A DNA stretch of 64,000 nt from Candidatus Spongiisociaceae bacterium. GTDB taxonomy: Bacteria > Actinomycetota > Acidimicrobiia > Spongiisociales > Spongiisociaceae. The DNA lies in contig OZ253564.1 in assembly GCA_965262915.1 (NCBI GenBank), forward strand, positions 2,240,001 through 2,304,000, in the 5' to 3' direction. Positions within the stretch are counted from its first letter, which is position 1; each line of letters starts with the position of its first letter. Positions 48,390 to 59,354 of the stretch are shown here, piece after piece. The position numbers and the translations under genes are program-made. The notes beneath the pieces were generated by a model. That model saw nothing but the letters and a program-made list of their open reading frames with translations. It did no database searches and was not told where the DNA came from.

Positions 48390-48977
48390 ATGACAGAACA
48401 GTCGAGGAGGCTCCCAGTGGCCGACATACCCTGCCCCGCGGCGGACGGATCAAGTCCCGTCCGCCGCAAGTTCCCTAAGCCGCCCCCGATGTGCATCGAC
48501 GCGGCCAAGGGCTACACCGCGGTGATGGACACGTCTATGGGGTCGATGACCATCGCGCTCGATGCCGCCGCCGCTCCCCTCACCGTGAACAGTTTTGTAA
48601 TGCTGGCCCGCTACCACTACTACGACGGCGTGATCTTCCACCGCATCATTGAGGGCTTCGTCTGCCAGGGCGGCGATCCCACCGGTACGGGGCGGGGCGG
48701 CCCCGGCTACCGCTTCACCGACGAGTTGCCCAAGCCGGGCCGCTACGAACTCGGCTCGCTGGCCATGGCCAACTCGGGGCCCAACACGAACGGCAGCCAG
48801 TTCTTCATCATAAGCGGCTCCAACGGCACCCGGCTCCCGGCGCATTACTCGCTGTTCGGCAAGGTGGTGAACGGCTTGGACGTGGTGGACGCGATACAGA
48901 AAGTCGCGACCGACCGTAACGACCGCCCGCTGACCGATGTGACGATCAACTCAGTAAAGATCACGGAGTCGGACTGA
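48390..48977 (+). CDS. Cyclophilin-type peptidyl-prolyl cis-trans isomerase
   Basis: YYDGVIFHRII, QGGDPTGTGRGGPGY, LAMANSGPNTNGSQFFI, FGKV. Confidence 0.97.
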   Translation: MTEQSRRLPVADIPCPAADGSSPVRRKFPKPPPMCIDAAKGYTAVMDTSMGSMTIALDAAAAPLTVNSFVMLARYHYYDGVIFHRIIEGFVCQGGDPTGTGRGGPGYRFTDELPKPGRYELGSLAMANSGPNTNGSQFFIISGSNGTRLPAHYSLFGKVVNGLDVVDAIQKVATDRNDRPLTDVTINSVKITESD

Positions 48978-49239
48978 CCTAGGCGACCCGGCTTTGTGAC
49001 GAGTCACCGAGCCGAACTGACCCAGGGTCTGGTCAAGCCGAGGCGGGTTCGAGCCAACCGGCAATCGCCTCCAGCGCGGCAGTGCACTCTTGAGGTTGAC
49101 CCGCTCCAGTGGACGCTCTACGACTTGGGATTGTTCGTAGAAGGTGGAGTTGCCCCGCTTTCGTGGACAGTTTGATGGTGACCGGGATGCTCCTACGTTC
49201 TCCAAGTCGGTTTCGTGTGGTGGCGGTGAGCCATTGTTC

Positions 49240-49560
49240 ATATCGGTCGTGGGTGACGCCATCGAGTGGACTCTGGGCGGCAGCGACGCCGCGCATTTCA
49301 GCATCGACAGCCCGTCGGGCGCGCTCAGATTCGACCTTGACCCGGTGGTGCCGGTGATCGTTGCGAAGGCGCCGGATTTCGAGGCACCTGCCAACAGCGG
49401 CACCGACAAGGCCTACGTGGTGACGCTTCTGCCCTCGTCAGGATCGACCATGGCTGTTTCTGCGTTGAGTGTGACGGTGACGGTGTCTGATGTGGACGAG
49501 GACGGCAAGGTGCCGCTGTCGACGAAGCGGCCCCGCAAGGGTGTGGCGGTCACCGCGACC
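49240..49560 (+). pseudogene. Cadherin-like domain fragment
   Basis: WTLGGSDAAHFSID..GALRF...APDFEAP..SGTD..Y.V...VTVTVSDVDE. Confidence 0.7.
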
Positions 49561-49688
49561 GCCGGCCCGCCAACCGCTTCCGAACCGGCGGGGGCTGGTC
49601 GCTTCCCGAAAAGGGCAGAAGAACTTCACCTGTCCTACCGTCCGGGGAGTTAGCCGAGGTCTGTGCACAGCCATCCCCACTGCCTCGT

Positions 49689-50437
49689 TCAGGGCAAGGA
49701 GGCGAGGTGGTAGCTGGTGCTGCGGCCCCCGGCTGGACTATGGGCCAGGATCGCGTGGTTGACGAGGCCGGTGATGTCGCGAAGGGCTGTGTCCTGGGAG
49801 CATTTGGCGATCTTGGCCCACTTGGAAGTGGTCCATTCGCCGTCGAAGCCGTCTAGGAGACGGTTCAGCACGCGCCGCTGCCGGTCGTTGAGGGGAACAG
49901 TCCCGACGTGCTGCCAGAAGCGGGCTTTGGTGAGCACCGCCGCCAGGGTGGCCTCTGCTCTGTCGATCGCCCGACCCAAACAGGCCAGGAACCAGCCCAT
50001 CCATTCCGACACGTCTATGGTCTCCTTCTGGGTTCGTTCCAGAACCTGGTAGTAGCCGCTGCGCTCCGCCCGGATCTGCGACGACATGCTGTAGAAACGC
50101 TGCGAAGTGCTCTCCGAACGGGCTAGGGCCATGTCAGTGATCGCCCGCGCTACGCGTCCGTTGCCGTCGTCGAAGGGATGGATGGTTACGAACCACAGAT
50201 GCGCCAGGGCGGCTTTGAGTACCCCATCGATGTCCGACCCTGTGTTGAACCAGTCCAGGAACTCTTCGATCTCTTGGTGGATACGCCCGGCCGCCGGTGC
50301 CTCGTAATTGACCCGTTCCCGACCGATAGGACCCGAGATGACCTGCATGGGTCCGGTGCTGTCGTCCCGCCAGCCGCCCACGATGATCCGTCTCAGGCGA
50401 CTACGGCCCGTGGGGAACAGAGCAGCCTGCCAACCCC
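49689..50437 (-). pseudogene. Fic family protein (DUF4172 type), 5'-deleted paralog
   Basis: HPFDDGNGR motif; colinear with the 3' two-thirds of 56287-57399. Confidence 0.88.
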
Positions 50438-50554
50438 GCTATTCACCGCAACAACACGGCAGCGGGTGCCCGATGCCGGACGGTGTCGTCGCTTCTGTTG
50501 TAGAGGTCGTCCTGAGAGTGTCTGCTGAGATCGCAACAGCGATCTTTGGTCGGG

Positions 50555-51055
50555 CTATTGGAGCCGTGGCGGGTTTGGGCCGTTCGGTGAGGCCCCAATA
50601 CGGGCTGATGTGTTTGGGTTGAAACCCACTGCGTCGCGTACACGGTATTCAGTGTCTTTGGCTAGCCTGGCCAGCGTTGTGGGTGATGTGCTGTAGTTGG
50701 ATGCAACCCTGCAGCGCACTTCACGGTCGGGATGGTCTGCTAGGCGGTCTAAGGTCTCCGGCGGTGTTTGCAGATGCTTCGCGACAGCGGTCACAATACG
50801 CCAGTCACCGTCGCTGGCCAAGGTGTCTAACGCGTAGTCCGGTGTCTTGGGGTTCTGAACTGTTAGGAGACGGACAAGCGGTCTGTTGTCGTTGGCTAAG
50901 CGGTTCAACGTGTCCTGACTTGAGTTCTGATGGGACGCGACACGGCACCGCACCTCCCAGTTGGAATCTCGACTCAGTTCGTCAAGTGTGTCCGCTGCGG
51001 TGTCAGGACTCTGCGAGAGCCACAGCCGCTCAGCGATGTGTGCTGTCCGGGACAT
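50555..51055 (-). CDS. Leucine-rich-variant/HEAT-like repeat protein (possibly a fragment)
   Basis: ~24-aa repeats TL..LA.D....VR..VA.N..T. Confidence 0.75.
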   Translation of the reverse strand: MSRTAHIAERLWLSQSPDTAADTLDELSRDSNWEVRCRVASHQNSSQDTLNRLANDNRPLVRLLTVQNPKTPDYALDTLASDGDWRIVTAVAKHLQTPPETLDRLADHPDREVRCRVASNYSTSPTTLARLAKDTEYRVRDAVGFNPNTSARIGASPNGPNPPRLQ

Positions 51056-51209
51056 GGTCCGCCGTCCTGCCCGGTTCCAGTCACTGCAGCCATGCAGGGG
51101 ATAGTAGCCCAGCTAGCCAACCTATTGAGATCCACCTGCCGTGGTCTTCGCAACGGCCCGCCCTTCCGCTACGAGGTTCTTTACACAATGGGTTCGGCGA
51201 ACGGTGCGG

Positions 51210-51554
51210 CTACTCGGTTGCCCTTGGGTGGTCCACTTGTGCGTCAGTGATCCATACCGTCTTGGTCTTGTTGTCGATGCAGTGCCAGATTCGCCTGCCC
51301 GCGGTGATCTCGTACTGCCACTGCTCCACCTCGGTTCCGTCCCCCGGTCGTCGACCCAACGAGCCCCTCAGCGGATGCTGGCGGTGGTCTCGCCGACGCG
51401 GGTCGTGGGTGATCCTCTCCCAGGCTGTCCGCGTGTTCGTCGGGGCCGCCGCGCAGATCTGTTCCCATCCCTTGACCGCGCCGCTGTTCGCGTAGCGCAA
51501 GTCCCAACCGTGAGCCGACGGCGGTGGGGCAACTCGTTCTCGCCGTTTCGGCAT
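51210..51554 (-). CDS. Putative RelE-like toxin of an actinobacterial TA family
   Basis: RVAPPP...WDLRY...KGWE, QHPLRGSL, QWQYEIT..RIW; family recalled from memory, not verified. Confidence 0.55.
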   Translation of the reverse strand: MPKRRERVAPPPSAHGWDLRYANSGAVKGWEQICAAAPTNTRTAWERITHDPRRRDHRQHPLRGSLGRRPGDGTEVEQWQYEITAGRRIWHCIDNKTKTVWITDAQVDHPRATE

Positions 51555-51754
51555 CGTCCTCAGCCGGGTGGGGGCTGGGACGGTGTCCCCGCTCGCCTCC
51601 AGCGGCTTGCTGAGTCGATGGCGACAGGCATGGGAAGAGGATGCCGGTGCCCTGGCGGATCATCCGGGAGCACATGTTCTCAGGGAAGGCAGGGTCGGGT
51701 TCAGACGATGGGCTCCTGTTAGGGTCCTTTTGGCCTTGGGTAGGAGGAGGGGGC

Positions 51755-52198
51755 TTGCAGTTTCTGACCGACACGCTCCAGGATGCACACCCTATAGCCG
51801 CCCACTTCCCGATAGCGCTCCTGGTGGTGAGTGCCGGGGTGAGTCTTGTAGTACGCATCAAACCCAGTCAACACTTGCAGCATTCGTCGTGGTTGTTGCT
51901 GTGGGTGGGCACGATAGGGGCGCTCCTCGCCGATGTAACGGGTGTCATCTCTCATTTCGATTATGAAGACACGGACCTTCACGGCGTGATAGAGGTACAT
52001 CAGATGTGGAGCTTTGCCGTGACGCTGCTCTTCATCGTGTTGACGGTCTGGCGATGGAGTTCCCGCCGCAAGGGATCGGATGCCGGGACAACCTCGCTCT
52101 ATCTGATAGTCGTCTTGGTTGGTGTGGTGGGATTGGTGCTGTCGGGAATGACCGGCGGCGATCTGGTCTTTGAATACGGAGTGAACGTACGGGACTGA
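51755..52198 (+). CDS. DUF2231 family membrane protein
   Basis: HPIAAHFPIALL, conserved H, TGGDLVFEYGV; RBS AGGAGG before the TTG. Confidence 0.88.
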   Translation: MQFLTDTLQDAHPIAAHFPIALLVVSAGVSLVVRIKPSQHLQHSSWLLLWVGTIGALLADVTGVISHFDYEDTDLHGVIEVHQMWSFAVTLLFIVLTVWRWSSRRKGSDAGTTSLYLIVVLVGVVGLVLSGMTGGDLVFEYGVNVRD

Positions 52199-54342
52199 AG
52201 GAGCATGCTCCGGATTGGTATGTCCCCGCGGATGGGCGGACAGTAACTGATCAACCAACCACTACTGGGTTCCCGATCGGGGTGTTGAAGGGGTCTCGAC
52301 CCTGGCAGCAGTGCCACCACGGCGCTGGCCGAAAACGTGTGTGCTATCCGACCAGTCGCGTTCCTCTGCCACGGCCTACTGGGGGGACCGGTTACCTGGC
52401 TGTTCACCGCTGTGGGCAGCGGAGGACCCTTCCGCTGGGGGCTGGGGTCGGTGGTGTGGTCTCGACGACGGGCGACCTAATGGTGGTCACCCAATATCGG
52501 CTCTTGCTCGTGTCGCTGCGGGTGCTGGTGGACAAAGACGCGCCGGCGGCGGATCGGGAGTGGTGGTCGATGGTGTCCCGCATCCGGCGAGCCCGCGGGT
52601 AGAGCGGCGTTGTGGGCCCGGGAGCCTCGGGCCGTTTCTCCCCACATAACGGCCCCTCCTACCTACTGGCGTGCTCCCGACCTCTGAAAGGACTCGGGGG
52701 GCTTGACCGGCCGCCGACAGCGGTTACCCGCCCGATGGTCTCACCAGCCTCGGCGGTTCCGTTTGGGTGGGTGTCGGAGGGGGGAGTGGAGGTGGCAGTG
52801 GTCGGTCGGGTTGTAGATGGATAGGCGCGCCGTGCAGCTGTCGGTGGCGCAGTGGCGGCCGGGGGGATATGTGGGTGGTGGGCGCCCTGGGGGGCGGACT
52901 CTGCTCATAGGGGGTTCACGGTACTCGTTTTGTTTAGCTGTGACCGAGGGCTATCGGTTCGACGTTGCATAGCTGGTTGGAGCGGTCCCGATCGGTGACA
53001 ACACGGGCCGTCTCCGGCAGGTCACCAGATGCGGCCGATGCCCGCAAACGCGGGAGCTCGTCTACTAGCCTGGTCTCGCTGACGGGTGGCGGCAGCGGAC
53101 GACCCTTCCGATGGCAGGGAATTACCACCGGCTCCGATCACCTATAAGCGCAGCGTAGAACCGTTCCTCGGCTGCCCATTGTGCGGCGAGCATCACGTCA
53201 CGGCGGGACCCGTCCATTCCAGACAGCCTGATCTCCGCGACCTTTTCCTGGGTCGTGCTCGCGGCTCGTCCTCGCACGTTCCGGAAAAAACGGGGTCTTG
53301 GCCCGTACCTTGGAGGGATCCACGAAGAACGAGTGCTCGAAAGCGGCTTGGAGAATAGTGGTACCACCGGATTGCAGATAACCCTCCAAGGCTTCTCCGG
53401 GTGAGGATGATGGCACACCGGTGTGCTTGTCGACCGAGACCATCAGAAGAACCCTCCGTCCCTGTAGTGACTCGTCCCCGCTTCTCGGAGAGTAGACGGC
53501 CACCGAAGCCGGCCAACCCGCCACCTCCCGCGAACGCTGCCAAGGCTCGCTATCGGTCTTGTCGGAGTGGCCCGCAAACGCGCCGCCCTAGACACAACCG
53601 CGGCGTGCGCTGTCCGCCCGTGTTCGGGGTGAGCAGCCATGTCCAGGACCCACCCCTTTGGCCCCATCAGGGACAAGGCTTTGGGGGGAGTAACCGCGAT
53701 TCAGGTGGCGAGTTGGACGAATCGGAGGCTGTGATGGGTGCAGTAGGAAACAAGCCGCAGAACAACGGGGGTTCGTCGGGAAAGGCGAGTGTAGATACTC
53801 GACCTGGCCCTGCCGTGCCTCCCCCGTCTGAGTTTCTTTGGCAAACTGGTGTCCGTAGGGTGTTCAGATCGTGAGCGGGATCTCCCGGCCCTCAAAACGG
53901 CTTCTAGGCCTTTGGGTGGTGTTGGTTAACGTTCTGGACACGGTTTCTGGGGTGCTACCGCCCGAAACTGGCGGTTCGAACTAGAAGTCGAGGCCTAGGC
54001 CGGCCGACCCCTGATTAACCGCCCTTCTGTAGACGGTTACCGTGTTATGGCTCACGGTGTTGTGATGGCAAGGGGGACTGCCGCGGTCCGGTTGTGGGCT
54101 CAGCCCGGCCGGGAGCGCGGCGTCCGCGGAGTCCGGTGCAACGCCGGTTGCTGCGATGCACAGACAACGAGCATCAGATGGCGCGCTCATGAACCCATCT
54201 GTCGTTCGTGGCCTTGATCACGCCGCAACGAGCTTCAGAGGTGCTGCGACAGGAGTCGGCGAACCCGCGGCGGGCGCTGAATCACTCGCCGCCGTCTATC
54301 GAGGGCGGCTCGGCTCCCAATCACCGCGCGAGCCGCTGCGAT

Positions 54343-54690
54343 TCAGCTCGGTATGTCCAGGATCAATCCGAGAAGATCACGGATCTGCGACACGGCGACG
54401 CTACCGACATTCCCGCGTATGTGGTTGGCCCGGCTGGCGGCGACTGCACGAATGTGCTGGCACTGAGCGGCGGACCGGCGGTCGAGGCCGTTGGTCGAGT
54501 CGACATCTATCACCACCTCCGACGCGAACCCTCGAACAGCCGATGTGAGCGGCACTACCTGAACGACTGTCGGCGTGGCATCCAGCACGCGCTGCGCGGT
54601 CACCACGACTGCCGGACGACGGAAGCCCGCGTCGCTCCCAGTCGGATGGCCGAGGTCCATATCGACCACATCACCCGAGGTCAGCATCAA
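54343..54690 (-). CDS. PemK/MazF family toxin
   Basis: GDVVDMDLG.P.G..AGFRRPAVVV, VVPLTS, QHIRAVA..R. Confidence 0.93.
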   Translation of the reverse strand: MMLTSGDVVDMDLGHPTGSDAGFRRPAVVVTAQRVLDATPTVVQVVPLTSAVRGFASEVVIDVDSTNGLDRRSAAQCQHIRAVAASRANHIRGNVGSVAVSQIRDLLGLILDIPS

Positions 54691-54865
54691 GCCACTTCGT
54701 CTCGTCGGCCGTCAACGCGCCGCGGAGATCCCTGCCGATCAACTCCTGGCGCAATCCCCGAACCGCCAGAGCAACCGTGGCGCCAACCGTCGCTCCAAGA
54801 GTCGACGCCAGCTTCTTGATCTCTTGATGGGTTGCGCCGTCAATCCGGACACTCGTACTCTGCAT
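54671..54865 (-). CDS. Ribbon-helix-helix-like antitoxin cognate to the MazF toxin
   Basis: STSVRID..TH..IK.LA, overlapping and upstream of the toxin. Confidence 0.8.
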   Translation of the reverse strand: MQSTSVRIDGATHQEIKKLASTLGATVGATVALAVRGLRQELIGRDLRGALTADETKWLDADLG

Positions 54866-55229
54866 GCAATTATGCTAACAGAAGTGCCTGCCGATTCTGT
54901 TGCCGCCGAACCCAGCTTGTCGGTGCTTGCCTGCGCCTCGGCTGGAGTGATCCCCGCCACAGCTCGAGGCCGGTGCGAGGCGTGGCGGGTTCTCGTCCTG
55001 CACATCCAGACTGCTTCGTGTCGTGGACGCCCGACGCGTCGCCGCGGAGAGTGCCCCAGTTGTTCTCGGCCGTCGGGATGGTGGTCGTGCTTCCAGTAGA
55101 TGTGCCGCCTGACGAAGACGAATCGTGCCGGGGGCGGGGCCGTGGTTCTCGTCGGGGTACGACCTTTGCGGCAGACTGACGCCGAAAGCAACAGGCACGA
55201 ACAGTCCACGGAACCCGGCAATTCCGCGC

Positions 55230-55610
55230 AGGGCCGAGTTGTTTCTCCAGCGCGGGTGTGACCTTGTCGGGTGGAACGAAGCGGACCACGGCGTCGGCTG
55301 AGCGTTCTCTGTTTGCTGTGACCGGAATGAAGAAGATTCTGAGGCAGTACTCGGGGCTGGTGAGAACATCGTCGTCGACACCTGTACGGTGGCCCGCAAG
55401 GAAGTTCGATACGTCCGCGGGGAGCTGCGCTTGTGCCTTCCGCAGAGATCTCAGCGACCCGTCGTTTCGGAACCCGCTCAGCTGGAGCGGTACGGCTAGG
55501 CGGTCACCCAAGGCGGCGTCCTCCCCGAACTGGGCGACCAATAGGTTCTCGAAGTTCAGGAGCATCGCCTGTGCTTCACCCGCCACCGCAACGTCCAACG
55601 CGGGCAGATC
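55230..55610 (-). pseudogene. DUF3644-like gene fragment
   Basis: AGEAQAMLLNFENLLVAQFG...LAVPLQLS; truncated at both ends. Confidence 0.55.
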
Positions 55611-55829
55611 CCTGGCTTCAGTGGGCGATATACCATTCGCCCACAACAGCGCCTCCAAGTGATCGTCAACATACCCACCGCTGCACGCTGGGGGAGTGTT
55701 ACCAGGGCCGTCGGATGGTTATTCGTGTGCTGGTCACTTCTTCGGACGCGGTGAAGAGGGGGGAGGCGTAGGTGTTCAGCTAGGACTAGAGCCGACCACG
55801 AGTCCAGGCTGTCGAGAGCGCACAGCCCG

Positions 55830-55954
55830 GCACGGGCGAGGGTATCGGCGTAGCTGCGTCGGGCGTTCGCCGATAGTGGCTTGGCCGCTAGGAAGCCGTC
55901 GACGGCGTGGCCGAGGGAGGGAACCTGGGGGTCGAAGGCTGCAACTTGGACCAT
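55830..55954 (-). pseudogene. N-terminal fragment of a tyrosine recombinase/integrase
   Basis: RBS GAAAGGA; SLGHAVDGFLAAKPLSANARRSYADTL resembles the core-binding domain start; no catalytic domain. Confidence 0.5.
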
Positions 55955-56286
55955 CCTTTCTCCTCTCTTACCGGAGATATTCAGCAGGGTTCATACCGGC
56001 TGGGCGTTGCTATAACCCCTGTATATCGGGGGTTTGCGATCTGCGGTACCGGAGATATCCTGTCGGTATCTCCGGTTCGGGTCCGCGTGGATTTCCGAAG
56101 ATTCGAAGGCTCCCATGTTGTCTCGGTTGGTGAGTCATCGGGGGGTCTGCGGGGAGTTGTCGAGGACTCTCCAATCAAGTGGTCGACACACCAAGATCGA
56201 CTGACAGAGACGCCACCGACCGTGTCTATGTTGCTCAGGCTTGGGGAGTTCTGGCTGAGGGTGGGTCGCCGTGATGGGAGCGAGGC

Positions 56287-57399
56287 CTATGACGAGGTCG
56301 TGAGGGAGTAGTTGGTACTGCGACCACGTGCGGAACTTCGGACGAGAATTCCGTCGTTTACCAGGGCTGCTATGTCGCGTAGGGCGGTGTCTTGGGAGCA
56401 TTTGGCCAGTTTTGCCCACTTCGAGGTGGTCAGCTTGCCCTCGAAACCGTCCAGGAGTCGGTTGAGAACCCTGCGCTGCCGCACGTTGAGCGGGACGCCC
56501 TCGTTCTGTTGCCAGAAGCGAGCTTTGGTGAGCACAGATGCCAGGGTGGTCTCGGCTCCGTCGATGGCTCGGCCGAGGCACGCTAGGAACCATCCCATCC
56601 ACTCCGAGATGTCCGGTGTTGCCTTCTGGGTTCGTTCCAGGATGTGGTAGTAGGCGCGGCGTTCCACCCGGATCTGCGACGACATGCTGTAGAAACGCTG
56701 TGAACTGTCCTCCGAGCGGGCTAGGGCCATGTCAGTGATCGCCCGGGCGATGCGCCCGTTGCCGTCGTCGAAGGGATGGATGGTCACGAACCACAGATGC
56801 GCCAGCGCCGCCCGAAGCACGCCGTCAGTATCCGACGGCTCGTTGAACCACCTAAGGAACGCTTCCATTTCGTTGTCGATCCGCTCGGCCGCGGGTGCTT
56901 CGAAATGCACCCGCTCCTTGCCGATGGGTCCGGAGATCACTTGCATGGGTCCGGTACGGTCGACGCGCCAGCCGCCCACGGTGATCGGTCGCATCCGGCT
57001 ACGCCCGGTTGGGAAAAGAGCCGCCTGCCAACCCCACAGCCGGTCTCTTGTCAGGGACAGGTCATAGTTGCCGGTTGCGTCCAGCATCATCTCCACCACG
57101 CCCTCAACCTCGTCCTCAGCATGGCGAAGACCACCGATGTCCATACCGAGGCGACGTCCGACAGAGGAACGGACCTGTTCCAGGTCCAGCCGTTCCCCCT
57201 CGATGTCGCTGGACTTGTGAACATCCTGGGTCAGAGTCTCGAGAATCGCCTCCTGCCGAAGATCGAACCCCAGCGACTGCATCTGGCCCACCAAACGTCC
57301 CTGTTTGTAGCGGACAGCAGCGAGGCGGTCCGCCAGACTGTCTGTCTGCCAGCGGAGTTGGGGCCATCCCGGCTGTTCATGAATATATAACCGCCGCAT
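56287..57399 (-). CDS. Fic family protein with DUF4172 N-terminus and C-terminal wHTH
   Basis: YIHEQPGWP, SSDIEGE, HLWFVTIHPFDDGNGRIARA, KCSQDTALRDI. Confidence 0.96.
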   Translation of the reverse strand: MRRLYIHEQPGWPQLRWQTDSLADRLAAVRYKQGRLVGQMQSLGFDLRQEAILETLTQDVHKSSDIEGERLDLEQVRSSVGRRLGMDIGGLRHAEDEVEGVVEMMLDATGNYDLSLTRDRLWGWQAALFPTGRSRMRPITVGGWRVDRTGPMQVISGPIGKERVHFEAPAAERIDNEMEAFLRWFNEPSDTDGVLRAALAHLWFVTIHPFDDGNGRIARAITDMALARSEDSSQRFYSMSSQIRVERRAYYHILERTQKATPDISEWMGWFLACLGRAIDGAETTLASVLTKARFWQQNEGVPLNVRQRRVLNRLLDGFEGKLTTSKWAKLAKCSQDTALRDIAALVNDGILVRSSARGRSTNYSLTTSS

Positions 57400-57432
57400 A
57401 AGATGCGGTGATTATAGCAGGTAATCACCGCA
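57394..57432. promoter_or_regulatory. Overlapping palindromes at the Fic start (probable autoregulatory operator)
   Basis: CCGCAT-AAG-ATGCGG and TGCGGTGATTA-N7-TAATCACCGCA. Confidence 0.6.
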
Positions 57433-57654
57433 CCAAGACCCCGGGGATCGCGGTAGCAGCACTCATCGCTGACACCACCAAGTCCGACGGCGAGTGTGAG
57501 TTGCGCATCTGGGAGGGTGCTGGACAAGCGCATTCAGCTGCCGCCTGCGTAATTCCCGATGTCGCAGAGACTATCGGGCTTCTGAGGCTGCTGGCAGGGT
57601 CGGGGACCGCCGGAGCATCGGCCAGCGCGGGAGTCACGGGATTCGCGACTTCGC

Positions 57655-57815
57655 TACGGTTTTGGGACATTTCGCCAGGGTTTTGGGAATTCGCCAACTT
57701 AGATGGGATCGGACAACAGCTGTCCGATCCCGCTGTAGTTGGCGAGGAAATGCCCGATTCGCCAGGGTTTTGGGACATAATCGGTCGGTGACGTCCCATC
57801 GAAGTTGGCGAATTC
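57655..57815. repeat. Nested inverted and direct repeat cluster
   Basis: 22-bp IR (57687-57708 / 57794-57815, 21/22), perfect 11-bp hairpin 57705-57731, TTCGCCAGGGTTTTGGGA x2. Confidence 0.8.
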
Positions 57816-58246
57816 GGAAGACCGGCATCTTGAGGTCAGTCGATAGATAGTTGTCGTATGTTTTAGTAGGTGGACAGTTATCGGTATATGTATACTGCAT
57901 GTTAGTGCGGTGAGAGAGGAGTACGTTTCCTACCTGCTGATACCCGAGGAGGGATCGGTGGATGTATGAATCCGGCCGTTCTTGTAGCCACGTGCGCGCT
58001 GGTCAGGCTCGGCACCATCCGGTAGTTGTACGCGGTTGGGTAGATTGGTCCCTCGGGGATTATTGGTCTCCGCGGGCAGGTGCAGATGTGGAGAGCTGCA
58101 TCCTCTATGGATGTCCGGAGCCCCGGCGCTGTCAAAACGCCGGACACGGGTGAGACCTCAATCCCGGACCCGGCACATGTGGCAATGCCCTATCTGATTT
58201 CTCACTATCATGCTGGCCTGAGAGTGGATCTTGTAGCGGGGGGACC

Positions 58247-59354
58247 TTGCCTGACAGCTACTTCGAGCGTAATGCGGACTACACGCTGAGGTGGCCGAGA
58301 GAGCTATTCGCCGCAGAGGCTGAACTGCTCGTCCGACGCGGGATCCAGATGGGTACAGGACCCGACTGGACGAGCGAGGTGACATTGCTTCTGAAGGAAG
58401 CGTTCATGTCGGATGTGCCCGCCGCGGACTTCGAGGAGGTCGCTCGGAGGAATCGGGAATTGGATGAGGCGCCTTTCTGATTCACCCTTGACTTGGCTCA
58501 GCACTCTCGCGGATGCTGCACCTGCGCTTGCCCCGCAACGCCGGCCGTTGCCGTACTACTCCCAGCGCGAGCCAGGCATTCAGAGCCGTGAGTCGTCACT
58601 GATAGCGGTCGTCAGGCGTGTTCGTGCGCTGGTCGGAGAGCTGGAGGGAAAGCACTACTTCGCTGAGTTTCTAGGTTTCGACTGTGTTGACTATGACGCT
58701 CGCCTGTCTACACCTGAGCTCGAACTCGATCGTCGTATCGGCAAACAGCGTCTGTGGTCGGCTGAACCCGACGATTGGACAGAACCGGACCTTTGCGACT
58801 TCATCGAAGTGTTCCACGACTTGGCTTCGCGACCCACTCAGCTTTCGTGGCATAGTTATAACTATTGCGGTTGGCACCCCGAGGCCTTCTCTCACAGAAC
58901 CGGTCAAGCCCTCTACCGGTGGGAGATGAACCAACTACTCGACTCATCCACTTTCGGGCTCAGGCTTGCTGAGCACGGTCAGGATCTCGGCCGTATGGTG
59001 CGAGCAACCGGTGGCGAGCTAGGACAGATGATCGACGAGGCACTCGCTGCCGAGTCGGCTGCTCATGATTCCATAAGCCATGCGGTCTCCCTCTACCGTA
59101 GACGCGGCGCAACTAGAGAGGACTGCCGGTCAGCAATTCGGGAGTTGGCCGCCATCCTCGAGGAACGTAGGGAGTCGCTAAGACGTCAGCTTCTCAAGAG
59201 GGATGAACAGGCATTGTTCGAGATCGCTAACCAGTTTGATATACGACATCGTAACGCTTCACAATATCAGGAGTATGGCTCTGAGTTCCTAGACTGGATA
59301 TTCTACTGGTACCTGGCGACAGTTCAACTTACCGACCGGCGCCTTGATCGATAG
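58247..59354 (+). CDS. AbiJ-like/HEPN-type putative abortive-infection protein, in two overlapping frames (probable frameshift near 58470)
   Basis: DYTLRWPRELF...; DFIEVFHD; C-terminal LAAILEERR...LFEIANQFDIRH...FLDWIFYWYLAT. Confidence 0.6.

Noticed and set aside
52200-54340. Numerous short ORFs and a possible CTAGGCCT/AGGCCTAG mini-element at 53904-53998
   Set aside because: No recognisable family, and the 8-bp IR could be chance; treated as unassignable debris
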